Origin: Octopus sinensis | Taxonomy: Eukaryota | Direction: 5' to 3' | Length of the DNA stretch: 64,000 bases | NCBI RefSeq assembly: GCF_006345805.1 | Contig: NC_042998.1 | Coordinates: 75,268,001-75,332,000 of the forward strand | In this document: one piece after another, positions 38,551-50,690 of the stretch | Position numbering within the stretch: the first letter of the stretch is position 1 | Layout: each line of letters starts with the position of its first letter | The notes under the pieces: model-generated | What the model saw: only the letters and a program-made list of their open reading frames with translations | Database searches by the model: none | Told to the model about the DNA's origin: nothing | Position numbers and translations under genes: made by a program

Positions 38551-39705
38551 TGCATGTATGTATATTAATATGCGTGTGTATGCATAGTTGTCATCAATTC
38601 AATTTCAACCATAACCACTTTCTCATTGCTTCCTTCATAGATTTTATGGCATATTCCCTCAGATAACTACTTACTCCGGTTATTTTATATAAAGGTACTA
38701 CTGAATTTTGAGTATCAATAACAAGCCCAACCTTGTGCATGCATCTAATGTGAACTTTTCACCCGAGCGCAGATGAGACACACTATTAGAAATAAAATGT
38801 GACAGTACTCTAATGGGTCTAGAAGAGGTGTATGAATATAAACATTCCGAAATTGTCCCGCCGTATGAATCCTCTTGTTTGTTAAGACGCATATACACAT
38901 AGAATACGAGCATAGATAGTGCAAGTGAAACCCCTCTCGGTTTCTCTCCTATACAGAATATCAACAACCTGTTTGATATGCAGTTCCACTATTTTCAGTC
39001 TGCAAGCTAATCTTCATATTCACTGGTCGTCACTCTCTCCGATGAGAGAGATGTTCCAACTTAGAGTGTTGACGTTCAGCAACTTATCTTTTGTGAAGTC
39101 ATGAGATCTGTAGTTTTGGCTTGTGTTGGAAACATTTGCTTGGAACTACTGTGCTATAAATAATTGCTTGGGATGCTTCAAATGAAACGGATGGCAGAGC
39201 CAAACTGTTAACGGTTTAATACACTTCTGTCGGGTGTAAAAGATTTCCATCTGATGTTTAACATACAGTGTAGAAAATTCTGGGGAGAATGCTTTTAAGC
39301 AATTTGATGTTTTATTGATTGGGAATCATTGTTTCCACACACACACACGCACACACACACACACACACACCAATTTAACATAGATCTGCATTAAATTTGA
39401 TTTAATGGAAAACAAGATGGCAGCTCTAAATACAAGCAACAAACTATACATCTAAAACATATTTTAAATATTTTGAATACTGTATTTCAAAACGCTGTAG
39501 GAGATTTTCATTTAATTGGAAAATACATTGTGAATAAATAATATATCACAAAATGATACTTCGGTGCAAAATACCATCGTCAAATTTCATGTGAATCATG
39601 ATTCAAATCTGCTTGAAACCTCAGCTCAGCGTCGGTGTTGGTAGATAATCTATTTACACATCCTCTTTTGACGGTGCATTTTTGTAGAGCAAAATTTTCC
39701 CTAAA

Positions 39706-40033
39706 TACCCGCAGAAAAGCAAACGCAAAGCTGCTATTACATGCAAATACCACAGATATATACGCATCCAATTTCGTAGTCCACCTCACCACGTGCGTAT
39801 TTGATCTGAACAGTACAGGAGGGACTACACTGTCCAAAATTGAATGGAAAATATTCAAATATAAAGGATAAAATCATTAAAAATTTTAATCAGTGGCCAG
39901 CATATAAAATAGACCTAAGATGGTAGATTCATAAACAGAGATTTATAATAGTATAAAATACTACGAAATTAGATGCGTATATATATTGCTATTTGTGTGT
40001 AATCGCAGCTTTGCGTTTGCTTTTCTGTGGGTA
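39706..40033. repeat. Inverted repeat, ~75-bp arms (39706-39780 and 39960-40033), ~180-bp spacer
   Basis: ACCCGCAGAAAAGCAAACGCAAAGCTGC..ATATATACGCATCCAATTTCGTAGT versus its reverse complement on the right, about 85% identical by eye. Confidence 0.8.
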
Positions 40034-40067
40034 AGCATAAATGTTTCATTTATTTCGCTCAATATGC

Positions 40068-40121
40068 TTTGCTGACGAAGGAAGAGTTATTAAACTAATC
40101 CAGAAATTGATCAATCCCAAA
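40068..40121 (+). ncRNA. Type I hammerhead ribozyme motif (near-intact)
   Basis: TTTG CTGACGA A GGA AG AGTT ATTA AACT AA TCC A GAAA TTGATCAA TC^ CCAAA. Palindromic stem III; stem I has a one-base defect. Confidence 0.7.
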
Positions 40122-42251
40122 CTATCTGGTTTATGAATTTCAGTCGGTCTACACCCACTCTTCCAACATGTGTGTTTTATGAAAGTGATGTTTTAAAGTT
40201 GTTCGACGATTTAGCGTCTCTTTTCATCGTATAAGCATGGCACCGTGGCTTTAACTATAATTGTTATTCTATACTATTATAAATCTCTCTCTCTTTCTCT
40301 CTTTCTCTCTCTCTCTCTCCCTCTCCCTCTCTACATTTATATATATATATGTGTGTGTATGTATGTATGTATGTATGTATCTGTGTATGTATGTATGTAT
40401 GTATGTATGTATGCATGTATGTATGTGTGTATGCTATGTGTCTGTGCATGTATGCCTGTGTATATTCATTGATATATAGCATAGCCAGTTATATAAATAC
40501 ATACTTGTATATACATATGTGGGGAATATATACACAGACATACGTGAACGTAGATCCCTACATATAAACATATATTCTGCAACTTTCGTATAGTCTGAAT
40601 AATATAAGCCAATGCCAAAATGGTATTTTTGTGTACACACATTATGAAATTGACCAGCAGAAGTAAATTGATTCTAAAAACAATTTTCAAATTAGTCAAA
40701 TAGAAAATATATCAAGACACAAAATACATGAGGCTTATAACAAACTTGAATCATATTACCGCTGGGAAATTTTATAATCCTGAGACTATCAACGCATTGT
40801 GAATGTATATGGTAGACGGAAACTGTGCGAAGCCCACCTTCTAAATGAGTGTGTGTGTATTTTATGATTCAACGCTTGGAAACCGGTTACTAAGAGACCA
40901 ATATATAACAAACATAAAATATAACTAATGACAGCTTATTTGGCTGTCTGAAGCATTCAATGAGCGTCCAACAGAGCTGATGCATGAAGACTGAAATAAA
41001 CATATTTCTGGATAATTATTTAAATAATCCATTTACAGTTTAATATGGCAACTGGCTGTCATGTCAGTTCACTTGTCCTCTAAAACACTGCATTTACAAG
41101 TTGTAACTGAGAGTTGGTTCTCTCTAGTATATCATAACTGCTTATAGAACCCGAAATGCTTCGAGAGATTGTAGCTAATGATAATAACTGATATTCTTGC
41201 TTATAAGATACTACAATACATTTTAGAACTTGAGAGTTTTCTGTACTTCGACATATACCAATCGTTAGCAGAACCAGTCATATCTCTGTCATACGAAACA
41301 GCATAGGCAGAATTAGATCGTGACAATTTTCTGTATTACGAGACCCTGGAGGCAGTAAGAGATCGTGACAGTTTCTCTATAAGTTAAAGAGAAAAAAAAT
41401 CTCCAGTTTTCAGCAATTTAAACTGAACTTGCTACTTTAATCTACGTCTTCCTTTACAAAAATTCCTCTTAACATCATTCTATCTAAACTAACTTACTTG
41501 TGTAGTCTTCATTCCATTTAGCCAACATTTCGAACCTCTGTTGTTTGGTATATTTACATTTCTTGAAATGTAAATATACCAAATAAGATAGATTTCAAAA
41601 CTGATATCGATATCACTAGACATCCAATTATAATGACTGTCAGTGAGATATAAAGTGTCTTTCAATGCTGACACACACACCATGTGTCATTTTTTAGTAT
41701 TGTGCATAGTTTCTGATATATGACTATTTTGTTTGGAAAAAACTTTGCCCCTGAAATAATACTCTTACACTACTTATTTGATAATAATATTCATATAAAA
41801 AAATATAAGCTTGCTGCATTCCACTTTATCTCTAATCATTTTGACAAACTGTTTTGTTTATTAACACTTAAGATGGCTTGTCAGCCACTGATGAAAATAT
41901 AATTCCACGATACTTGATCATTTAACAGACACCTACAGTTTTCAATGGCAAATATACAAACTGTAGATAAACAATATTCACACAATTATATTTTACGTTT
42001 AATAACGAAACGCTAAACATACAAATATTGCTTCAGTCATTTGAAATACCAATCTTGAATAAAATTAAATTGAAGTTATTTAACATCGCTAATTTCTCAA
42101 GTAATGATACTACTACTTCGATACTACCCTCGTGAATTAAGGTTCTTACATATATTTCAATAAGTAAAGAACATGCGCTCCAATATATAGTTGATTAATA
42201 AAAGAAAAGGTTTTTATCATAAAGATATATTAATCAGGTGGTGCTATTAAG

Positions 42252-42293
42252 TTAGACATGGCCTGGACCAATGTTTGGTCGAAACATATCTAA
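42252..42293 (+). ncRNA. Decayed hammerhead motif
   Basis: TTAGA [catggcctg] GACCA ATGTT TGGTC GAAA CATA TCTAA. Stems I and II and GAAA are retained but the CUGANGA core is lost. Confidence 0.4.
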
Positions 42294-42499
42294 GTTTATC
42301 TAAGTCTAAGTTTAATCATTCATCATTCTATTGAATAAAGGTAATGTATTCGCTCTAATACCCACCGATGGATTACTAGTTTAAATCTAAACCAAACTTT
42401 GTATACTCTCAAATTTTCATTTGTGATAATATTTTTACGATGTATCCAGTAAGTGCAGAGAACTAGATACATGATAAGTAGTAGCTGAAAAGAAGATAC

Positions 42500-43520
42500 T
42501 TTCAAATTATATATATTATATATAGGTCCTCATTAGAAGTGAGATAGGAAATTCTTTTGCTAATGCCACTTATTAGAGCTCTTTTTACTGATTGTGGGTG
42601 GTTACTTTGATAGTTAATATACTTTAAATTAGAGTTAGGTTTCATGTAAGGTTTATGTAAACCTGTATTTAAATTACAATTAACGTCCAGGTAGTTGATA
42701 AACAAGTTTTCATTTTAGAGAGGCTGAATCTATTAAAGGATTTATACAGACATTTCTTAAGTAGTTCAAGGCGTCTATTAGAGGTGTCTATTCAAAATTT
42801 AAAAAAAGGTGTGTCATCCTTGTAGAGCCCCCCACCCCACCCAAATTCAGGAAATTCTTTGTTGATGTTGTTTAATAGGTATATTCCCACAAAGCCAGTC
42901 ACCTCTGCTTAATGAGGGGATCCTATAGTTATATCAAAGAAATCAGGGGTGTCCTTCCTAGCCCACAGTTTATTATGAAGTTCAATAATAGGCTTACGGG
43001 CCGTGAGAATTATGTTGATTTCTTTTCTACTGATCCTAGTAAAGTTCTTAGCAAAAATGAGCGCGCTATTTAGAGTAGTGGGGTTTATGGAGGAGTAACA
43101 ATTTTGCAAAAAATTATGTTTATCCTTATGTTTTATGTTAGAGAACCATCCTATTGCGCTTTGGGTGTTTGCCCATAACTCGAGTTTAATCTTTTTCTTC
43201 AGGGTAGGTATATACTTATCTAGGATTTCCTGAATAAGCTTACCCAAATCAGATTTCTTGGGGCAAATTATTTTGATCTGTGTATTACCTAAGTAATTGT
43301 CCTTATGGTCCTTAACTATTATACTAGCTCTAATCGGTGAAAACGGTTCCGTCCTATCATCTATATTATACTCCAACAGGATTTTCTTGATCTCTAAGTT
43401 AATTGTTTTAAGGGTTCTTGTTGGGACTACTTTATATTTCTTAGGATTTCTCGGTGGATGAGTTCTTGGTAAGTGTTTATGTTCATATTGTAGGTGTATT
43501 AGTACACTTTTTTTTTACCA
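42500..43520 (-). mobile_element. Penelope-like element RT fragment (second family)
   Basis: IIVKDHKDNYLGNTQIKIICPKKSDLGKL..ILDK..LWANTQSAIGWF, then INYLDVNCNLNTGLHKPYMKPNSNLKYINYQSNHP. Confidence 0.85.
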
Positions 43521-44983
43521 TGTATGATTGAAAGTGTAATTTGGTGGTAGAACCAGTATGGCTGCACCCACGTAAGGGTTAGTATAATTAATAAATTTAT
43601 TAATATATTCAATGTAACTTTTATGATAATATAATACATATTAAGTAATATTTAGTAAACTGTGTTGGGACATGGAGTTTGTGATTTTATTTTAATTTTT
43701 AATCGCTTAAATGTTTGTGGTTTTGTGCTTTTGCCCTTCCGTATACCTATGGGGCAGAAGTTTCTTAGGTTCGTGTACACATTTACTTGTTCGTCCATTA
43801 TTACCACCACTTGGAATTTTACTGGATTTCTAGGATGTAAGATTCAGCATTTTTTTCTGTAGGTAATTCTATTCGTATGTACCATTTTTACTAGTTGTCT
43901 CCTCTCAACTATAAAATCAGCTGTTTGACTGATAGTATTTTATCTATTTATTTTATTCTTATTTATGTTATATTGAGAAGTTTGCAGAAGGCCATAGATG
44001 GCCACGTGCCACTTATATCCACAGTCTCACCCCGCACTCTTTATTTACTGGTTAATTTTCTTCTTTATTTACATATCCCCTGTAACGGTCTTAACTTATG
44101 CCCTTGATTCAAATATAATTCACCAGTTGTAGAGACGGGGAGACTTTGATCAATTTCATTGCAGACAACAGATGGTGGTCTCTACAATATTTCAGTAAGT
44201 ACTCCGTTATAAGAGCCCAACGGTTTTGTTTTTAGATAAATATTTAGTAACCTTATTTACGATATAATAAATACTATTCTCTTTCTAGACATATTGGTAA
44301 CCCTTGTCTTATTTTAGTACTAACTTCATTTCACTACTATTCAAACACCCTGGTTCCACCTTTATATAGATATAACCCGTAAATATTTCCCTAGACCAGT
44401 GCTAATTCACTCTTTTACCTATCGACTTTAACGCTCCACGCTGCAACATGGTGTTATTTTAATATATTGAGCCTTCTGGCCTCTTATTGAGGTCCAGTTC
44501 TCTCCTATTAACTCTTCCCTTCGTTTACTTTGATGAAGCTCCATGTAATAGATCGGATGTGTTATGATGATAACGAATATTATTTTCGGATTTATTTTCG
44601 GAATTTCATTCGTAAACACCGAGTAACAATAGAAGCGGAAACGACCGTAAGAAATCTTATGCTATGTTTTGTATTTAAAAAACAATCTACCGATATAGTT
44701 CAGTTTGTTTGTTTGTTGATATTTATATTCAAAATGTCTAAAATTACTGTTGTCCGCAAAAAGAACGTTTCCCCAATGAAATGTTTCCAATTATAACTGA
44801 TTATTCATATTGTCAAATTTGTAAATACATTTCAACGTCAATCAGAGATGGAAAATATATGCACAGCATATATATTTGCATTAGTAAATTAATACTAGTA
44901 AAAAAAATGTATGTATGAACAGAAATTCCCATATTACGTTAATCTTTATTGAACATCAAATGTCATAAGTTACACAAATTGTA

Positions 44984-44984
<1 letters not shown>

Positions 44985-45028
<44 letters not shown>
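44985..45028. repeat. (GT)n microsatellite
   Basis: Direct reading. Confidence 0.95.
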
Positions 45029-45029
<1 letters not shown>

Positions 45030-45230
45030 ATTCGGATATTGTGTAATTGCCAGAATGTAGTAGTCTAATCTAATTCTACGGAAATTCTGCAACAGGGTCG
45101 TTTCAATTGTTCGTTGCTTTCATAATATGCTAAGTTGAACTTCGTATTCTAGATCATGAGTCAAATTTGAATTTCATAGAAAGAAAAGAAAGATTTTTAT
45201 ATTTTTTCATTTGTTTGGATTCATTGTACT

Positions 45231-45548
45231 CTCTTTTACTCTTTTACTTGTTTCAGTCATTTGACTACGGCCATGCCGGAGCACCGCCATTAGTCGAGCT
45301 AATCGTCCCCAGGACTTATTCTTTGTAAGCCTAGTACTTATTCTTTCGGCCCTTTTGCTGAACCGCTAAGTTACGGAGACGTAAACACACCCAGTTTCCA
45401 TCTACCAAATCTGCTCACAAGGCTTTGTGAGTGGATTTCGGCCCGAGGCTATAGCAGAAGTCACTTGCCCAAAGTGCCACGCAGTGGGACTGACTCCGGA
45501 ACCATGTGGTTGGTAAGTAAGCTACTTTACCACACAGCCACTCCTGCG
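45231..45548 (-). mobile_element. SINE family B, near full length, without internal microsatellite
   Basis: Reverse complement of CGCAGGAGTGGCTGTGTGGTAA..GGCACTTTGGGCAAGTGACTTCTG..AGCGGTTCAGCAAAAG..GAAACAAGTAAAAGAG. Confidence 0.88.
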
Positions 45549-46548
45549 TTATAAATAAAAAAAAATACAGTACAGTTTTTTCGATAATCGGCAGTAATTA
45601 ATAAATCAATAACTCTCATTCAGTTTATGTCTGTAATGATTTAATGGTTGAATATCAGTAAGTTACGTACTCCTATGTAGAACCCAAGTAACTTAAACGT
45701 TAGACCTATCACTCAACCCAAGCTTGCAGCAAGTTCATTTTCACAGGGCAATACCAGAACAAGAATATGAAGAAAGTACAATTACTAGTAAATGGTGGTG
45801 CTAGTCGATCGTCCGATATAACCAAGGAAACTACGTTTCAATAGGCTTCCAAAACTGCTATTACCAACAGTCGTTCACACTTTCCGGAGCTCTTGAAACA
45901 AAATGTGGAACATTTTCCGCTTTCAATTTCACTTAATAAATGATAAAACTGGGTAACTTTTACAATTAATAGAACATTTTTAAATTATAGCGGCTAAGAT
46001 CCACCTAAGTGGATATGATATTTGGAGAAAAATATATAAAAACTCCAAATGAAGGATGCTTTATCAAACAACAAAAATATTTTCTTCCTTTATATCAAAT
46101 CGGTAATATGCATGGTAGGTAAAAATATCAAAAAATTATTGCCAATGCACAACGTTATGTTAATGACATTTCCGACTTGTGTGACGCAGAAAGAACAAAC
46201 ATTGTGGATTTAACAATTTTGCATCTGTTGGGACACTATATATAAGAAGGTAACAGGGGAGAAAACTATGTAATTTTGCGGCGTTTGAAGTATTAGTCAT
46301 AAAAGCGAATCAATATTTAATCTAATATATTTATGCAAATATTTGATATTTTTAGCAAAGACTGTTTTCTGCTGACATGAAAGCAAAGAAATCAAGAGTG
46401 GTTTGACAAACACTCGTAAAGAGAACTGGCTGTGAAACGGGGAAAGTCTAGTCGAAAGATGACGTTGAGATTAAGTGTTATGCGAATCAATTACGAATGC
46501 CGGTCTCATTCGCAGACTTCTAAATATTATAATTGCATTATTCATCTA

Positions 46549-47738
46549 TCAGGTAATCCCATAAGTAAGGCCCGGATTTTGAAAAAGAGAAACAAGTGAT
46601 CGAATCTTACTTTTTAGTGAAACTTAATCGTAAATATAGTTACCATGATTATCTATGACATCTTTCCATCTACTCGTAAGATTATTAACCCCATTAGTGA
46701 AAATTCTTTCGGTTTCTAAGAGAACTTCGCAGGGTCAGTTTCGACTTCTTCCGTTATTTCGAGATTTTGTCCTTCCTAATGATACTGTCAACTACGGAAC
46801 AAATGGTAATCTGAAGAAGTAGGGTCTGGGAAATAAGTTGTATGTGCAATTTTCTCCCAGCCAAGTTCCTCGATCTTCTTTGATGTGATCTTTGTGGTGT
46901 TGAATCTTACATTGTCCCGATGAATCATCACTCTCTTTCGATTCCCATTTTTACTTCAAAGTAGCGTTCAAACGCTCCAATTGTCGACAGTAGCTACGAG
47001 CATTGGTTGTTGCACTGGTTGGCAGCAATTCAAAGTGTATGACATCTTTGCAATCTCACCAGAGATAATAACCTTCACATGAGTTCTCGGTTGTTGTTGG
47101 GCCTTTTTCCATTCACCAAACCATTGTCTACGACGCTTAACATTCTGATGATAAGCCCTTTTTCCAGCAACGGTCACCCCTCTGTCCAAAATGAGTGAGA
47201 TGAGTTCACAAGAACGAAGAGATAAGCAGATGTCCACTCAGGATTTGCGGTTGGCTTCAGCCAAATCATGAGGCACCCATTTTCCTTGTTTTGGGAACTT
47301 TTCAAGCTGTTGAAGATGCTGTATGGCTTGAACGAGGCTTGTTTGTCAATATTCTTCAACTGGAACTGCTTGATCGTTTTCAAGTTCTGCAAAAAGGATT
47401 TTGTGGTCAAATTCAATTGGATTCTGTTCTGGCCTCAGCTTCAAGGCTGAAATCTCCTGCTCTGAATTTCACAAACCATCTTCTGCAAGCTCTTTCATAG
47501 ATTGTCATACATATGTGGTGCCTTGTTTATCTAAGTGTCTAAAGGAATATTTATATCATGTATAGCATTTTCTAAATGTATTACCGTTTATGTCCAAATG
47601 CATTTGCTCTCTCGTCTGCAGACTTCACAATTTAAAACTTCCTTTCTAAGGAAATGGACAAGATCGGGTATTAATGCTAGTAATTGCATTGCAGTTGCAT
47701 ATGTGACTGGAAACGGTTATTGTAATTTCTTTAGCTGA
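46549..47738 (-). mobile_element. Decayed mariner (Tc1/mariner) DNA transposon
   Basis: Minus strand has RRWFVKFRAGDFSLE, GKWVPHDL, W*DCKDVIHFELLP..YCRQLERL and GWEKIAHTTYFPDPTSSDYHLFRS. Left end TA-TCAGGTAATCCCATAAG; weak right end TTAGCTGA-TA. Confidence 0.85.
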
Positions 47739-48180
47739 TACCAGAAACGTGAATTTTGAATTTACAAATAAAACTATGGCTCACTTCTTGCCCAGTGTTG
47801 CGGTACATGTGACAAATTGAATAGTACATCTGTACTTGATTTTTAGGATGCTATATTTTTTTGACTCTGAGCATATTGACAATATAGCTATTTTTACTTT
47901 CCCCTGCCGACGTTTAATGATCATAGATCATAATGAAAATGCAGGCTTCAGTTTTTCAACTTAAGCCATAGTTCGTTATCTAGAACGGGTAAATACTAAA
48001 AAGTCTTTTATCGTGTGGTGAAAGATTTTCACAAAATAGCAATTTATTCAGAAGCCTGTTAATGAACTAATATGAAATACTTCAGGGTGTATGTATGTAT
48101 GTATGTGTGAGTGTATCTTTTATTGAGAAAGCGAAGCTCTCAAAGTACAGCAATATCTATTTCACTGCCTCATTTTGACA

Positions 48181-48262
48181 CACACAATACACACACACAC
48201 ACACACACACCACACACACACACACACACAACACACACACACACACCACACACACACACACA

Positions 48263-48342
<80 letters not shown>
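48181..48342. repeat. (CA)n followed by (TA)n microsatellite
   Basis: Direct reading. Confidence 0.95.
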
Positions 48343-48344
<2 letters not shown>

Positions 48345-48556
48345 CAATAATAAATCTCTGAACGAGATGTAAACAGTAACCGCTCGACAAGGTAAAGTAT
48401 ACTAGCCATCTCAATATGGCTAACCACTAAGGGTGGCTGTTACTGTAGCTTTTAGCCTCAGGAGATCATCGTCTCCAGCTAGCTTTAGGCACACTTTCTG
48501 TGCCCTTATGGTATTTGCAAAGGGAGATCATCCCTCTCTCGTAAACCTAAGTGATA

Positions 48557-48601
48557 CGCACGGACTACAGTTTCGAGGTATTTGCCTCTTGTCAACGTAC
48601 G
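48557..48601 (-). ncRNA. Type I hammerhead ribozyme, U3-A8 core (inverted copy)
   Basis: Minus strand CGTACG TTGACAA GAGG CAAATA CCTC GAAA CTGTAG TC^ CGTGCG. Confidence 0.75.
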
Positions 48602-48832
48602 GCAATCTGGAGACGATGATCTCCTGGGGCTAAAAGCTCCAGTGACACCCACCCTTAGTGGTTAGCCATATTGAGATGGCTAGTATACTTCACGTTGTCG
48701 AGCGGTTACTGTTTACATCTCGTTCAGAGATTTATTATTGCTTGCAGACAGTTTTTCGAAATCAGTGACGGAAGTTACTGGGAAAAACATTAAATAGATA
48801 TTTGCAAACAGGTCTCCCTTCATCAAAAACCG

Positions 48833-48891
48833 GTGATTGCCGTACGTTGACAAGAGGCAAATACCTCGAAACTGCAGTCCGTGCGTATCAC
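48833..48891 (+). ncRNA. Type I hammerhead ribozyme with compensatory U3-A8 core
   Basis: GTGAT TGC CGTACG TTGACAA GAGG CAAATA CCTC GAAA CTGCAG TC^ CGTGCG T ATCAC. Stem I has 6 plus 5 bp with an internal loop, stem III is palindromic (ACTGCAGT), and GUC cleavage falls after 48879. Confidence 0.8.
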
Positions 48892-49074
48892 TTAGGTTTA
48901 CGAGAGAGGGATGACCTCCCTTTGCAAATACCATAAGGGCACAGAAAGTGTGGCTAAAGCCAGCTGGAGATGATGATCTTTTGGGGCTAAAAGCTACAGT
49001 AACAGCCACCCTTAGTGGTTAGCCATATTGAAATGGCTAGTATACTTTACGTTATATATATATACATATACGAC

Positions 49075-49232
49075 AAGTTTCTTTCAGTTTCCGTCTACCA
49101 AACCCACTCGCAAGGGTTTGGTCGATTCGAGGCTATAATAGAAGAAACTTAACCAAGGTTGCACGCAGAAGGACTGAACCCGGAAATATATGGTTGAGAA
49201 TCAAGCTTCTTAGCACACACCCGCTCCTGCGC
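49075..49232 (-). mobile_element. SINE family B 5' half
   Basis: Reverse complement of GGCGCAGGAGCGG..AAGAAGCTTG..GGGTTCAGTCC..GAGTGGGTTTGGTAGACGGAAACTGAAAGAA. Confidence 0.85.
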
Positions 49233-49269
49233 CGATATATATATATATATATATCCGACGAGCTTCTTT

Positions 49270-50690
49270 TAGTTTTCGGGTTCGGGAGTGGTAATTCTCC
49301 CTGCTTTATTTGTCTGCTTCTCTATTTTTTTTTCTCCATTTTCTCCCTCCCCCTATTGCCACTTGCCAATCCTCTGTGTCATCTTCATCTGACAAGTCGG
49401 AGGAATCAGAAGGTGGGAGGGAAGGATATTAGTGTCTATTGCTGAGTGTGTTAATTTTGTTGTTGGTGTTGGTGCTGGTTGGTAAGAGTTGGCATGCAGT
49501 GTATGGGTTTTGAGGGTTTGTGGTATGAGTCCTTTTGATTTTCTCTGCTTCCCTTGGAGTTATTGTTGTTGGTGGTGGTGATGGTGTTGTTTCTGTTCTT
49601 GGCAGCGCTCATGGTGGTGTCATTTGGCTGGGCTGGCTTGTTGATTGCTGATGTTCCTTCATTTGTTTGTAGAGCAGTTTTATCAGTTGTGCACATGGCA
49701 GTGTGGGTAGCAGTGCTGACTTTTATCTTGGTTTTTAGTTTTCTGGTTGTGGTTGGTGTTGTTGCTCTTGATCTTGTTGTTGCTGTTGTTGTTTCTGTGC
49801 TAGCGGTCAATTGATTTTCAGGTGTGATTTGCTACCACAAACGTAGCAACGTGGCTTTCTGCCTTCGACGGTCACATGCAAATTAGAATCGTCTGCCAGT
49901 TTGATTAAATGTCGAATCCTTTGAATGTCGATTGGATCAACTTAATCGAGGAATTCCACTCCTTGACCAATCCAATTTTGCTGGTCCAGGACAGCGATAT
50001 CCAAGATATGGATTTTCTCCCGGATATCGTAACAAATGGCAGACACAAGCCATTTTATTTCTATTTCAGGAGGCATTGAATTTTGTGACCCTACGACCAA
50101 GGTATGTAGGAATCATCATTAAGTTCTCGCATTCAAAAGACTTTGTGGAGAGGTCCTTGGCTCGTTCTTCAGTCGAATCTAACTTTGATCGTAGCAAATT
50201 TTTCCCCTGCTGATGTAGTTTTTAGAGGTCCATATGGGCCTTAAACATTTTTATACTGTTTCTTGGGAGACAATTTCGTTAAGTTTTGTTCTTAGGTTGA
50301 GTGTCTTGTAAATGATTGTTCTTTTTTTTAAATTTCTTCGGTGATGTTTTTGTGGTGCTTGCAGTTATATGATGTGTTCGTTCTTTTTAAACATTACCTT
50401 ACAAGAAAGCAGTCAATCCGAAAAGGACATAATTCTCTTCTTCAGCTTTAAAGCTGCGACAAAATTGCTTTGAGTACTCGTGCTGGTTGTGGTGGCGATG
50501 GCGGTAGTGGTGGAGACAGTGTTTGTAACAGTAAGCGTTGTCTTTATTTCTTGGTTTGTACCTTCTACGGCCAGACTGGCTGTGCGTTAAAGCGGAACGA
50601 CTTTCTTTTCAGCTTCCCTCACCTCCAACTTTGGTAGAGGCGAGAAGTTGATGCTTCCTGGTTTGATTTACCCATTTCTATTTCGACGAT
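49270..50690 (-). mobile_element. L1/Tx1-like LINE ORF1 remnant
   Basis: Minus strand has EERAKDLSTKSFECENLMMIPTYLGRRVTK and zinc knuckle VTVEGRKPRCYVCGSKSHLKIN*P (about 49810-49865), followed by a Thr/Asn-rich tail (ORF 49451-49810) and DWQVAIGGGRKWRKK. Confidence 0.7.

Larger units (their letters stand above)
48343..49053. mobile_element. Non-coding hammerhead element: 357-bp unit present as a 1.25-mer on plus (48607-49053) and an inverted 265-bp arm (48343-48607)
   Basis: CTGGAGAYGATGATCT recurs at 48607 and 48964. The left arm is the reverse complement of 48835-48963 joined to 48607-48742. Both outer ends abut (TA)n. Confidence 0.85.

Noticed and set aside
41868-41920. Possible type III hammerhead (TGGC/GCCA stem before CTGATGA)
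   Set aside because: Needs GATA for GAAA, lacks the U of NUH, and stem II is weak
48433-49009. Two ORFs starting MAVTVAFS
   Set aside because: They come from the inverted duplication of a non-coding unit and show no protein similarity I recognise
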